DNA from: a virus
Taxonomy: Duplodnaviria; Heunggongvirae; Uroviricota; Caudoviricetes
DNA: 34,722 bases
Virus record (IMG/VR): IMGVR_UViG_3300018050_002226
Direction: 5' to 3' (one strand)
A program made the translations under genes and the position numbers. Below, piece after piece: positions 1 to 8,894 of the stretch (within the stretch, counting starts at the first letter, position 1; every line of letters begins with the position of its first letter). The notes under the pieces were generated by a model, which ran no database searches, was not told the origin of the DNA, and saw nothing but the letters and a program-made list of their open reading frames with translations.

Positions 1-225
1 AGCTAAAATACCTCCAGAAACTCTATACTTCTGAACCTTGTCCTCAGGTGTTGTTTCTTCGTCTTTGAACTCTTCATCATCCTGAGTTATTTTAGTTTCG
101 ATGTCTTTTGCAACATCAATTTGAGTGTCAGTTTGACCATTCAAATCAGTTTGTTCAAAAATCATCCTCGACTTTCTTAAAAGTGATTTGATTTCATCAT
201 ATCTCTCGTTGTGTATATTGTTCAT
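1..225 (-). CDS. Acidic hypothetical protein, 3'-truncated by the window edge (not in ORF track)
   Basis: Manual translation from ATG at 225: MNNIHNERYDEIKSLLRKSRMIFEQTDLNGQTDTQIDVAKDIETKITQDDEEFKDEETTPEDKVQKYRVSGGILA, open to base 1; overlaps the end of the amidase gene. Confidence 0.75.
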   Translation of the reverse strand, partial: MNNIHNERYDEIKSLLRKSRMIFEQTDLNGQTDTQIDVAKDIETKITQDDEEFKDEETTPEDKVQKYRVSGGILA

Positions 226-814
226 TTTCAATTTTTTTAATTAAAGTTTCGAAATCGAATGAGGGACTTAGGTCTGTAAACCTTGTGTCGTAATTACTTC
301 TTGAACATATACCTTCAAACTTTGTCATTCCCTCCACTCTCGTATTGTGTCCGACACAAGTTTTAGGTATTCGTAGGTCCTCACATAAGTCCGAACAAAG
401 TTGACCCAAACTCAAAATTTGTTCTTCCCTATATGGTTCCCAAAAAAAGTAATCTCTCCACTTTTTCTCGAAAACCTTACCCTTATAAATACTCGCATTC
501 CAGTTAATATAATAGTCAGTAAGGGGTTTCTTCTCCAACCAACCTAAATTCTCCAAAACGATGGTTACAGATTTTTTATTCATTACATCGTCCCCGATGT
601 AATTAGAGTATCCATGGACGTCCAAAAGTTGTATTATCTCACCTTTGTTTGTAAGCACAAAATTTGGTATCTTATCATACCTACCATTGTATCTAAATTT
701 AAGGGAGGTGAGATAATCCCCCACCTCCCTTGATGTATGACAAAGAATTATTTGTGTCTTATCTTTGTGTTTACCTAAAGACTTAAAATTTCCGTATTTC
801 TCAAGTTTGAGCAT
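197..814 (-). CDS. N-acetylmuramoyl-L-alanine amidase (Amidase_2-like), probable endolysin
   Basis: IILCHT (Zn His), IVLEN (catalytic Glu position), EQILSL..LC..L helix, CVGHN (Zn His), TDLSPSF (third ligand position). Confidence 0.75.
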   Translation of the reverse strand: MLKLEKYGNFKSLGKHKDKTQIILCHTSREVGDYLTSLKFRYNGRYDKIPNFVLTNKGEIIQLLDVHGYSNYIGDDVMNKKSVTIVLENLGWLEKKPLTDYYINWNASIYKGKVFEKKWRDYFFWEPYREEQILSLGQLCSDLCEDLRIPKTCVGHNTRVEGMTKFEGICSRSNYDTRFTDLSPSFDFETLIKKIENEQYTQREI

Positions 815-1481
815 CCCTTTTTAAATAACTCAATCTTCTTTTATTTCTAACTTCCTCAGGTTCAATTTCTTGAAACTGTTGAATTTTATTAAGTTCTTCG
901 TTTAGTTTTTGTAAGTCTCCTTCTGATGGAACATATCTTTCTTCTTCAATCTCAGCTTCCATTTTTCCTGCTTTTCTACTTAGTTCCTCAATATTAATCT
1001 CAAGGGTTTTATCTTTTTTTCCCTCTTCTTCAAATTTAACTAACATGTGTAAGAATGAAAGGGAAATTATAGGAAGCATTCCACCGGCAAATAATGCCAA
1101 AAATCTTTTGTGACCTACAAAATCTCCTGACTCAACTCCCATAAAACTTACTATCGGGTCAACCATATCAACCCAATCTTTGAAAGACTGACTATTGATA
1201 TTAATGTATTGATAAGCAAAAAATATGTTACCGATAAACTGTATAAGAGTTACAATTATGAAAGGAAAATAAACTTTCTTACCCATCTGTGCGGCAATCG
1301 CTGCAAGAGCAGAAAGTGCTGCAATTTCTATACCTACAGATAGATAGATTGCCCAACTAAATGGATTTGATATTCCATACCATTTTGTTACGTGTGAAAT
1401 AGAAACTATCGCAACCGTTATAATTGGCACCAAAAATGCAAAATATATAAGGGTTTTGAAGTTTTTTTGAAACCAGTTCAT
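801..1481 (-). CDS. Multi-pass membrane protein with charged coiled-coil C-terminus
   Basis: About four hydrophobic segments in the first 150 aa, then an E/K-rich tail; overlaps both neighbours. Confidence 0.7.
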   Translation of the reverse strand: MNWFQKNFKTLIYFAFLVPIITVAIVSISHVTKWYGISNPFSWAIYLSVGIEIAALSALAAIAAQMGKKVYFPFIIVTLIQFIGNIFFAYQYININSQSFKDWVDMVDPIVSFMGVESGDFVGHKRFLALFAGGMLPIISLSFLHMLVKFEEEGKKDKTLEINIEELSRKAGKMEAEIEEERYVPSEGDLQKLNEELNKIQQFQEIEPEEVRNKRRLSYLKRDAQT

Positions 1482-1765
1482 TATTTAAGACTGTTTAATT
1501 TTTTTATCTCTTCTTCAATTTCAGTCTGTCTTCTAACATCCAAAAGTTTTCTGTCGGTAGCCTGAATCATTCTTTTTTCAGCCTCCAATCCAGAAATTCT
1601 GAGTTCAATACTCAATTCACGTTTGGTGTATGTTGAATCTTTGATTGATTGAATTTCTTTTTTGATTTTTGTAATCTCTCGAGAATCTCCACAACCTTTG
1701 AAAAAACTGAGAAGGGCAATGACAAGTACAATTACGGTAAAATTTGTTTCGATAAATTTTTTCAT
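1481..1765 (-). CDS. Small membrane-anchored or lipoprotein-like coiled-coil protein
   Basis: N-terminal hydrophobic stretch VIVLVIALLSFF followed by KGCGD, then a helical charged domain. Confidence 0.65.
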   Translation of the reverse strand: MKKFIETNFTVIVLVIALLSFFKGCGDSREITKIKKEIQSIKDSTYTKRELSIELRISGLEAEKRMIQATDRKLLDVRRQTEIEEEIKKLNSLK

Positions 1766-1795
1766 AATAATATAATTTTAATACATCCTTTAAAT

Positions 1796-1828
1796 ATAAA
1801 AGGTGTATCATATAAATACACCTTTTAT
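1796..1828 (-). terminator. Perfect 13-bp hairpin just downstream of the sigma factor stop
   Basis: ATAAAAGGTGTAT (1796-1808), 7-nt loop CATATAA, ATACACCTTTTAT (1816-1828); T-runs on both strands. Confidence 0.7.
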
Positions 1829-1833
1829 TCAAT

Positions 1834-2631
1834 TTATAGGAAGTCAAATAGAATTCCAGTTTCATTTCGGAGTTTTCGAAGGGCTTTCTCCTTAATTTGT
1901 CGGACCCTCTCCTTAGTTAAATCAAAATCATTACCAATATCTTCAAGGGTTCTAGTGTTACCTGTGAGACCGAAATAATCTTCAATAATCACCCTCTCTC
2001 TTTCATCCAAGACATCTAACATAGACAAAAGTTTATCTTTAAGAGTTTGCTCTGTAGATTCACAAGTATCTGCAGCATCTGCATTTGGGTTTATCAAGAC
2101 ATCCATAAGTGTATCACCATCCTCATTGAGGGGGCTATCCAAATCTACAGTGTAAGGAAGATTGACAAATTTGTCAGGGAGTTCAACTCCCGCTTTGTCT
2201 AATTCTTTTTTTGCTTTTTGGAGTTCTTGTACAACGTTTACAGGAAGACGTATGGTTCTAGCGTTCTCGTTCAATGATTGAAGAATGGATTGACGTACCC
2301 ACCAAACGGCGTATGAAATAAATCTTAGTTTTTTTGACCAATCGAAATTTTCGATTGCCTTCATTAATCCGTAATTCCCCTCTGCAACCAAGTCAGGAAA
2401 ATCTAACCCTTGATTTTGATACTGTTTAGAAACAGTAATTACAAATCGGAGATTTCCTTCCAATAATTCTTTCTTAATTTCATCCTTTTCCTTATTAGAA
2501 GTATTAGGATTAAGCATTTTCTCTGCCAATTCTCTTTCTCTCTCAGGAGTCATGACAGTAATTTTACGAATGTCTTTAAGGTAACTCGAAATTTCTTCTT
2601 GGTTGATAGGGATTACTGATTTTTCTTTCAT
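1834..2631 (-). CDS. RNA polymerase sigma70-family factor (RpoD/RpoS-like, no region 1.1)
   Basis: Region 1.2 SYLKDI; region 2 NLRFVITVSKQYQNQGLDFPDLVAEGNYGL...FISYAVWWVRQSI; region 4 TLEDIG..FDLTKERVRQIKEKALRKL. Confidence 0.95.
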   Translation of the reverse strand: MKEKSVIPINQEEISSYLKDIRKITVMTPERERELAEKMLNPNTSNKEKDEIKKELLEGNLRFVITVSKQYQNQGLDFPDLVAEGNYGLMKAIENFDWSKKLRFISYAVWWVRQSILQSLNENARTIRLPVNVVQELQKAKKELDKAGVELPDKFVNLPYTVDLDSPLNEDGDTLMDVLINPNADAADTCESTEQTLKDKLLSMLDVLDERERVIIEDYFGLTGNTRTLEDIGNDFDLTKERVRQIKEKALRKLRNETGILFDFL

Positions 2632-2656
2632 AAAGTGGGTTTACGGATTTATATAT

Positions 2657-3169
2657 TTACTTGTTCTTTGAGTAAGAATCTAATGTGTCTTTTTCATATG
2701 GGGTCAAAGACTCAACACCTTTTTCTAACACCTTGTCCAAAAGTTGGTCCAAGGTGGGAGTTTTAATTTGTTTTTTTACTTCATCCAAAAGAAGTGCCAC
2801 AAACTCATCGTCCTTCTCCAACTCGTCGAAGGTACGGGTTTGATTAATATTAATCTTCATTTCAACATCATCACTGTCGTTGTCTAAATCTAACAAGTGT
2901 TCTCTTACTTTTTTTGGTAAATATAATGACACTTTGTCAGTATTTTCTGCGAGAACAAAAGATGAAACCATGTCAAAAAGACTTACCATAATATAATCAT
3001 ACATCTCTTCTTGACTCACTTCTGTTGCGAAGTGGAAAACTATTGCCCCTTTAGTGTGATTAAATTTTAAATGTGAGGAGTCAACAAGAGGGGTTAAAGC
3101 TAAAGCCGCTTTCTTACATATATCCTCAGACTCGAAATCTCCAAACAAAATCAAAAAATATTTTTTCAT
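2657..3169 (-). CDS. Hypothetical protein with C-terminal DUF6576-like helical domain
   Basis: C-terminus TLDQLLDKVLEKGVESLTPYEKDTLDSYS resembles the ILDKI...G.ESLT.EEK..L motif I recall from Bacteroidota rhomboid tails. Confidence 0.6.
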   Translation of the reverse strand: MKKYFLILFGDFESEDICKKAALALTPLVDSSHLKFNHTKGAIVFHFATEVSQEEMYDYIMVSLFDMVSSFVLAENTDKVSLYLPKKVREHLLDLDNDSDDVEMKININQTRTFDELEKDDEFVALLLDEVKKQIKTPTLDQLLDKVLEKGVESLTPYEKDTLDSYSKNK

Positions 3170-3181
3170 AATTAATTTTTA

Positions 3182-3189
3182 CAAATATA
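3182..3189 (-). promoter_or_regulatory. Bacteroidota-type -7 promoter box TATATTTG
   Basis: Matches TAnnTTTG, 12 nt upstream of ATG 3169. Confidence 0.45.
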
Positions 3190-3191
3190 GG

Positions 3192-3722
3192 TTAAACTCT
3201 TTTTGAATGAGAAATAATTTGATAGAAATCTTTCTTTCCTTCACAAAAATCTTTCATAAGAAGTAAAAGACCTTTGAACATGAACGCGTTGGGAGTTTGT
3301 TTTTCACATTTTGTAAAGAGCTCTATAATTGTAGAAAGAAAGTCAACTTTATATGTACCATAGTGATTGAGAGCAATGTCATAACTTTCAGAAAATTGTT
3401 CTGTGTATAAAAGTTGGTAATTGTTTCTCTCTTCGACCGATTTGAAAGGTTCTATTGAATCGTAAAGCTTAATCCAATCATCCACGAACCCTTCTACATT
3501 TATATTGTTGGAAAATGATTTTACGATTAAATCAACAATCCAGTGGGTGTGTGAAATAGCCCTCAATCGTTTATTGGGTGCAAGGTATTTAACCACAAAA
3601 TCCAAATCTGGATTAGCACCCCTTTCTCCTTGGTACATAGCAATGATTGTCCCATCGTTCATTCTCCAATGTTTAATAGGTTGATGGACAACTCCTTTTC
3701 TCTTATACGTAAGTTTCTTCAT
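3192..3722 (-). CDS. Hypothetical protein (176 aa; start revised to MKKLTYK)
   Basis: ATG at 3722 gives a 20-nt overlap with the glycosylase stop; the ORF-track start (3788) overlaps it by 86 nt. Confidence 0.7.
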   Translation of the reverse strand: MKKLTYKRKGVVHQPIKHWRMNDGTIIAMYQGERGANPDLDFVVKYLAPNKRLRAISHTHWIVDLIVKSFSNNINVEGFVDDWIKLYDSIEPFKSVEERNNYQLLYTEQFSESYDIALNHYGTYKVDFLSTIIELFTKCEKQTPNAFMFKGLLLLMKDFCEGKKDFYQIISHSKRV

Positions 3723-4194
3723 AATATTTTCTCCCATTTTTTCCTGAGTGTTGTTCGTACCATTTTCCTTCAGCATCCATCCAAACATAAGGGTCTGAGG
3801 GGTCTTCTGTCCACCCGTATTTAGAATAGAACAGAGGGTCTTTTTTTAATAAATTTGCTCTGTGAGATGAATGAAATTTTTCGTTTCCAATGAAGGGTGG
3901 AATTATAATATCTTTTTCTGAAAAGTCATCCACGAACATTGTGTTTTTGAAACCTCTTTCAACCCATTCTGTTATTGAAATTTTCAGATAAAGTTTGAGG
4001 GCCGGTACATAGTCTTTCCACATTATTGTACAAGGGTGATTTAACCAACCTTTGTAAGGTGTTCCATCGAGTTTTGGTCTTCTTGTGATAGCCGAAATTA
4101 TTTGATAGGTTTCAACTCGTTGTTTTCCCAATCTTTTATTGTCCAAGACTTTAAGAGATTGTCTAAAACTTGGATACGGTAAAAATATTTGCAT
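3703..4194 (-). CDS. Pyrimidine-dimer DNA glycosylase-like protein (MSMEG_6728/DenV-related)
   Basis: MQIFLPY start, LDNKRLGKQRVETYQI, GWLNHPCTIMW, FHSSHRANLLKKDP..Y, YVW motifs; start revised to 4194. Confidence 0.85.
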   Translation of the reverse strand: MQIFLPYPSFRQSLKVLDNKRLGKQRVETYQIISAITRRPKLDGTPYKGWLNHPCTIMWKDYVPALKLYLKISITEWVERGFKNTMFVDDFSEKDIIIPPFIGNEKFHSSHRANLLKKDPLFYSKYGWTEDPSDPYVWMDAEGKWYEQHSGKNGRKYYEETYV

Positions 4195-4198
4195 GGAG

Positions 4199-4206
4199 CA
4201 AATATA
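4199..4206 (-). promoter_or_regulatory. Bacteroidota-type -7 promoter box TATATTTG
   Basis: TAnnTTTG match ending 4 nt before ATG 4194. Confidence 0.45.
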
Positions 4207-4230
4207 ATAAATTAAAAACAAGTAAAAAAA

Positions 4231-5067
4231 TTATTCTATAGGGTAATTTGTAATTACTAAATGATTGAGGTTGATTTCATCACCAATTCTTCCCCCATAT
4301 ATTTTGAAAGAGTACTTCTTTGGGTATTCGAATTTAATATAACCATCGTAAAGTTCTCTTATAAAGTCACTACCCCCAACAACCATCAAACATTTACTTT
4401 CTGTATTTTTGAATATTTCGGACAGTTCAATTTGTTTTTGTCTATCGAAGTTATCAAACCCATAATCGTTAAAAACGGAGTCATATGGTTGGTCTATGAA
4501 ATAAAAATTTTCTGAGCCAGGAAATTTTTCGAAAACTTTTGTGTAATCACCTTCCATTATTTCTGTTCTCTGAAGAAGATTTACATAATTTTCATTTAGT
4601 AGTTCTGAAAAATTTACTGTTTTGTATTTTCCCCAAGGAATATTAAATTCCCCTTTTGAGTTGTATCTCAACATTCCTCTAAAACAAGTTTTTCTTAAAT
4701 AGAAAAACTGAGCTGCTTTTTCAATATCATTTTTCGGTTTGAATGGAACATCATTAGGAGTCAATTTTTTACCTCCACCTCTAACAATATAATAATCTTT
4801 TTCAGTTGTTCCGTACCTTGAAATTATATCATGAATTTCTTTGGCGTGACCTAAAGAAATTTGTCTATAAAAGTTAACAAGTTCAGGGTGTATATCGTTT
4901 ATAACATTCGAGCCACTAAAATTCAAATCAAAATAAACTGCCGCCCCACCTGCGAACGGTTCAAGGAACCTTTCAAAATTAGTTGGATAATATTTTTTAA
5001 AGAATTTAATTTCATCCCTTTTACCTCCAGACCACTTACACAAGGGTTTTAGTGTTTTTTTCTTCAT
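4231..5067 (-). CDS. Dam/D12-class N6-adenine DNA methyltransferase (variant motif IV DQPY)
   Basis: KWSGGK, EPFAGG (motif I), INDI, FFYL, YNSKGEFNIPWG; motif IV reads FIDQPY. Confidence 0.9.
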   Translation of the reverse strand: MKKKTLKPLCKWSGGKRDEIKFFKKYYPTNFERFLEPFAGGAAVYFDLNFSGSNVINDIHPELVNFYRQISLGHAKEIHDIISRYGTTEKDYYIVRGGGKKLTPNDVPFKPKNDIEKAAQFFYLRKTCFRGMLRYNSKGEFNIPWGKYKTVNFSELLNENYVNLLQRTEIMEGDYTKVFEKFPGSENFYFIDQPYDSVFNDYGFDNFDRQKQIELSEIFKNTESKCLMVVGGSDFIRELYDGYIKFEYPKKYSFKIYGGRIGDEINLNHLVITNYPIE

Positions 5068-5071
5068 ATTT

Positions 5072-5079
5072 TATAAGTA
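5072..5079 (-). promoter_or_regulatory. TAnTTATA motif (TACTTATA), putative phage promoter
   Basis: Ends 4 nt before ATG 5067; same spacing as other copies. Confidence 0.45.
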
Positions 5080-5086
5080 TAGTCTT

Positions 5087-5758
5087 TTATTTGAATAAGT
5101 CAGGATAGTATCTACGAGCAATTTTCAAACAATATTCTTTTTCAGTTATATCGTTTTCTTCGATATCCATTGACCTTTCGTTATTAATTTCGTCAAAATC
5201 AAAATTATTTTCTGTACAAAAGTCAAAACCTGTTTGAAATACTTCATCTATTCTATCATCTTTGATATCGTGGTCCCCATCCGAGTTGAACGCTATCAAT
5301 TTAGATACTGTGGTGTATCCTTCATTTCTTAAGGTTTCAGCACAATTCAAGATGGTATCAATTTCCGCCATAGATTTTTTAGTATCAAGATTATTACCAT
5401 CTTTGAGTTCGATTATTTTGATATTTTGGTTTTGAATTATCAACAAATCTACTTCACAAACTTTATCCTTACCGTTTGAATTTTTTATTTTTATTTTTCC
5501 ACCAATGATGATACAACCATTTGGGTTTTTCGAAATTATTTTTTTTGTTTTGTCGAGCGAATTTACCTCTTTACCTCCAAATATGGGTAAATTACCGTTA
5601 TAGTGTTTGGACATCTTTATAGGTAATTCATTACCATTACGAATTACTGTGCTGTGTACAGCGGTATGGTGTAAAGCCATATCTGAGTCCGAAAATAATC
5701 TAGAGTAACCTCCTGAAGATTTATTTTTCGACGAATCATAATCTTTTATACGTGCCAT
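5087..5758 (-). CDS. PD-(D/E)xK nuclease, putative type II restriction endonuclease
   Basis: EVDLLI...IIELKDG catalytic-type motif; directly upstream of and co-oriented with the methylase. Confidence 0.6.
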   Translation of the reverse strand: MARIKDYDSSKNKSSGGYSRLFSDSDMALHHTAVHSTVIRNGNELPIKMSKHYNGNLPIFGGKEVNSLDKTKKIISKNPNGCIIIGGKIKIKNSNGKDKVCEVDLLIIQNQNIKIIELKDGNNLDTKKSMAEIDTILNCAETLRNEGYTTVSKLIAFNSDGDHDIKDDRIDEVFQTGFDFCTENNFDFDEINNERSMDIEENDITEKEYCLKIARRYYPDLFK

Positions 5759-5774
5759 AATTTCAGCAAATTAA

Positions 5775-8105
5775 TTATTGTGAAACTTTTGAAATATTGT
5801 CAACCTTTGTAATCCTAATGATATTGTTTGCCCAATTATTAACCATCGGGTTATGGGTAATTACAAAAATTTTCTCGAAATAGTTTTTCAATTTGGTGAA
5901 AAACTCACCAACTAAATCTAAGTTGTCGTTTGATATTTTTCCAAAAACCTCATCAAAAGCTATGATATTTGGTTTCGGTAAAGAACATACTTTTGTCAAC
6001 ACAGCTCTAAGAGCCAGAGCGGCAATTGTTTTTTCGTAACCACTTCCACTTGTCATTAGTTTTTCAACCCCTGTTGAATTGTCAATCATAATGAATTCAA
6101 CTTCATTTTTATCATTAATTCTGATTTCCAAATTGAAGTAACAAGAGTCCATCAATAGAAACTGAAGTTCTTGATTAATGATTGGCATCATAGTTTTCAT
6201 GATGATTTTGGATATTCCGTTTTTCCCAAACACATCGAGATAGATTTTGAATATTTTTTCTTTTTCAAACTCTTCAGCGATTTTCAAAATGATGTCGTTA
6301 TTGTTTTCAATCCGACTTTGTAAATTTTTTATTTGAGTTTGGTTTGAGGTTTGAACTCTCTCATAGTCTCTCTTCTCAATTATTAATTCATCAATTCTGA
6401 GATTAGCCTTGACTAATTGAGCCTCAATTTCTTTGTTTTTCTTTATTTTATCTTGAACCTCTTCGTATTTTTTTAATTTTGATTTTTGTTGTTCTAATTT
6501 CAACTTAATTGATTCCAAAGAGATTTCATACTTTTCTTTAATCAACTTTTTTCTTTCATATTCATCAAAGTCTTTTTTAAGTTGTGTGTAAGTTTTTTCT
6601 TTTGAATCAAGGGTCTTCCATACTTTAGATAACTTATCAACTTTCTTTTCCCAATCACCCAACTCATCAATTTTTTTCTTGGTTAAGGCGGCTTCCATCA
6701 ATTTGATACCACAGTGTTCACATTGAATACCGTCCCCGAACTTTTTAACAAGTTGTTCAATCTCTTCAACCTTGTTCTGAGCAAGAACTAATTCACCGTT
6801 TACTCTCTTCATTTCCTCTTTAATCTCATCATGTTTGTCTTCATGATAAAACTCTTTTGGTTCAACGATTTCAATCTCATCAATACTCTTTTGTGTTTGA
6901 TTTTGTTGAGTTTCCAAAGAATAGATATCCTCTTGGAGTTTTGTTGGGTTTAAAATGACAAGTTCTTGGTCCAAATCACTGAACTTGGACTTGAGAAGGT
7001 TGTCTTTATATTCTTGTCCTTTCTGCAATCTATTATCAACGTCGACTATGTTTTTTTGTGCAGATTCAATTTCAGTGTTTAGAGTTTCAATCTCTGATTT
7101 GTGTTCTTCGTTGTTTTGTTTAAGGGTTTCCGTATTATAGACATTGGACATCATGGATTTTGAAAAATCAGAATAGATTTCTTTTGCAGACTCTTCTTTC
7201 TTTCTCAAAAATTCCAAACCCAAAAATCTTGATAAAACTTGTCCTCTTGCTGTTGGTTTAGCTTCGAGTAAGTCTTCAAGATTGGATGCCGTTGTTAAGA
7301 TAGTCATCAAAAAGTCATCCATTGTTCCAATTGAGTTTTTGATGAAGTTCTCAGTTTCTCTTCTTTGTTCTCCTGTGAAATTTTGTAATTCTCCGTTTGG
7401 AAGTTTTTTGAAGAAATCTAACTCTGTTTTGACATTCCATTCACCAGACTTCGCTTTCTTCCTTTCTATCTGACGAGCAATTATATATTCCTCACCATCA
7501 ATTTGAATTTCTCCCCTGACTGATACCTTATTTTTGTCCGTAAATCTATTGAATATTTCTTCTGCTTTTTGAGTTTTAGTTGTGGTATTAAAAAATAAAA
7601 ATAGTAGAAGGTCTACCGTTAGAACTGTTTTTCCTCCGAAGTTTGGTGGGTCTGATTCAACTACAGAAATTCCATTACACTTTTCGAAGTCCAAAATTTG
7701 ATTTTCACCATAAGATAAAAAGTTACTGAACTCTATCTTTTTAATATACCACCTTTTGAATGGTGATACTTCAATTTCTTCAGCAGTCATTTTGTTCTCC
7801 ACTGCTAAATCTATATTCATCACTTGTTCGTAATATTTCTCAAGTGATTTGGACTCCAATAGATTTTTAATAAGTTCTCTAAGATAGTTCTTGTCCATAA
7901 GGTTAATGGACACGTCGATGGTTTGCTGTGAATCGTCAGTTACTTTAACCTTGGTGATAACGTTTACATTAGTTGAACCATACTTTTTGTAGAAGTATTG
8001 TTTGACTGACTTGATTCTTTCTTGTGTAAAGTTCTCCGCAGTATCTTCCCAAATGACTTGAATATTGGGATTTTCTAATTGAGAAATGTCCAGCTTTGTA
8101 GCCAT
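5775..8105 (-). CDS. sbcC: SbcC/Rad50 (gp46-like) SMC ATPase with ~115-aa N-terminal extension
   Basis: IKKIEFSNFLSYG, Walker A variant NFGGKT, coiled coils, zinc hook CEHC, signature variant GSGYE, Walker B FDEVFG, H-loop VITHN; start revised to MATK (8105), which has a TAATTATA box 5 nt upstream. Confidence 0.9.
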   Translation of the reverse strand: MATKLDISQLENPNIQVIWEDTAENFTQERIKSVKQYFYKKYGSTNVNVITKVKVTDDSQQTIDVSINLMDKNYLRELIKNLLESKSLEKYYEQVMNIDLAVENKMTAEEIEVSPFKRWYIKKIEFSNFLSYGENQILDFEKCNGISVVESDPPNFGGKTVLTVDLLLFLFFNTTTKTQKAEEIFNRFTDKNKVSVRGEIQIDGEEYIIARQIERKKAKSGEWNVKTELDFFKKLPNGELQNFTGEQRRETENFIKNSIGTMDDFLMTILTTASNLEDLLEAKPTARGQVLSRFLGLEFLRKKEESAKEIYSDFSKSMMSNVYNTETLKQNNEEHKSEIETLNTEIESAQKNIVDVDNRLQKGQEYKDNLLKSKFSDLDQELVILNPTKLQEDIYSLETQQNQTQKSIDEIEIVEPKEFYHEDKHDEIKEEMKRVNGELVLAQNKVEEIEQLVKKFGDGIQCEHCGIKLMEAALTKKKIDELGDWEKKVDKLSKVWKTLDSKEKTYTQLKKDFDEYERKKLIKEKYEISLESIKLKLEQQKSKLKKYEEVQDKIKKNKEIEAQLVKANLRIDELIIEKRDYERVQTSNQTQIKNLQSRIENNNDIILKIAEEFEKEKIFKIYLDVFGKNGISKIIMKTMMPIINQELQFLLMDSCYFNLEIRINDKNEVEFIMIDNSTGVEKLMTSGSGYEKTIAALALRAVLTKVCSLPKPNIIAFDEVFGKISNDNLDLVGEFFTKLKNYFEKIFVITHNPMVNNWANNIIRITKVDNISKVSQ

Positions 8106-8110
8106 CTTTT

Positions 8111-8118
8111 TATAATTA
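8111..8118 (-). promoter_or_regulatory. TAnTTATA motif (TAATTATA)
   Basis: 5 nt before ATG 8105. Confidence 0.45.
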
Positions 8119-8133
8119 TATTCTGGTTTCGGA

Positions 8134-8334
8134 TTAAACAGATTCCACTCCTTCGTCTGAGACCGTATTTCCTGAGGATTCTGCATTTTTTTTCTTTAAC
8201 TCCTCTACTTGTAGTTTAATAGATTCTTCAAACAATTTTTGGATTGCACCTTGTTGTTTTTTAATAGTCTCGTTTCTTGAACTGACTTTTTTTCTGTGGG
8301 CCTTGGCACCATTTCTTTTTTTACTTTGTGGCAT
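8134..8334 (-). CDS. Small protein with basic N-terminus
   Basis: MPQSKKRNGAKAHRKK..., tight packing with neighbours. Confidence 0.65.
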   Translation of the reverse strand: MPQSKKRNGAKAHRKKVSSRNETIKKQQGAIQKLFEESIKLQVEELKKKNAESSGNTVSDEGVESV

Positions 8335-8335
8335 T

Positions 8336-8536
8336 TTAATCTTCTTTAATTACATAAGTCACGTCTTTATGGATTACTTTCCCTTGAGGGTCCTGAAGGA
8401 AACCTGAACAAAGAAGTCTTACCCTCTTTTCACCTTCTTCCATGATTTTGTTTTTCAATTCAAAACCTGAAATGTTGTTCGATACGACCATATCATTGAT
8501 TTTGATGGTCAATTTGAATTCTGCGTCTACTGTCAT
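8336..8536 (-). CDS. Hypothetical protein (66 aa)
   Basis: Fits the co-oriented gene run with 1-5 nt gaps. Confidence 0.65.
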   Translation of the reverse strand: MTVDAEFKLTIKINDMVVSNNISGFELKNKIMEEGEKRVRLLCSGFLQDPQGKVIHKDVTYVIKED

Positions 8537-8541
8537 AATTT

Positions 8542-8889
8542 TTAATTTTTTGGTCTGTTTGTTTCAAACCATTCTATAATTGAGTTTATTGCCCATGTTG
8601 AGCCTGAAGCGAGCATCCCATCGAAAAACCAAGAAACCCAAGGTGTCACCAAAAGAATCTCACTTGTAGGAGAATATAAGAAAATTCCGAAGAAAAATCC
8701 AACCCAAGTTGGTGTACACATCATACATTTTAACATGTCCGCTAAAAATACGTATAATCCATGAAATAGACCTTTGCCGTGTTCGGCTTCATTAAAGATG
8801 TAAGTTCTTGGTCTATTAAAAATACTTCCGTAAACGAGGATGTTACTTATTCCATAAGTCATAACCATCCATAAAAATAATTGTGTCAT
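8542..8889 (-). CDS. Membrane protein, DUF1360-like
   Basis: Three hydrophobic segments and a CMMCTPTWVG motif. Confidence 0.6.
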   Translation of the reverse strand: MTQLFLWMVMTYGISNILVYGSIFNRPRTYIFNEAEHGKGLFHGLYVFLADMLKCMMCTPTWVGFFFGIFLYSPTSEILLVTPWVSWFFDGMLASGSTWAINSIIEWFETNRPKN

Positions 8890-8894
8890 TTGTT

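Noticed and set aside
1617-1978. 82-aa (-) and 109-aa (+) ORFs
   Set aside because: They overlap real genes and the terminator hairpin.
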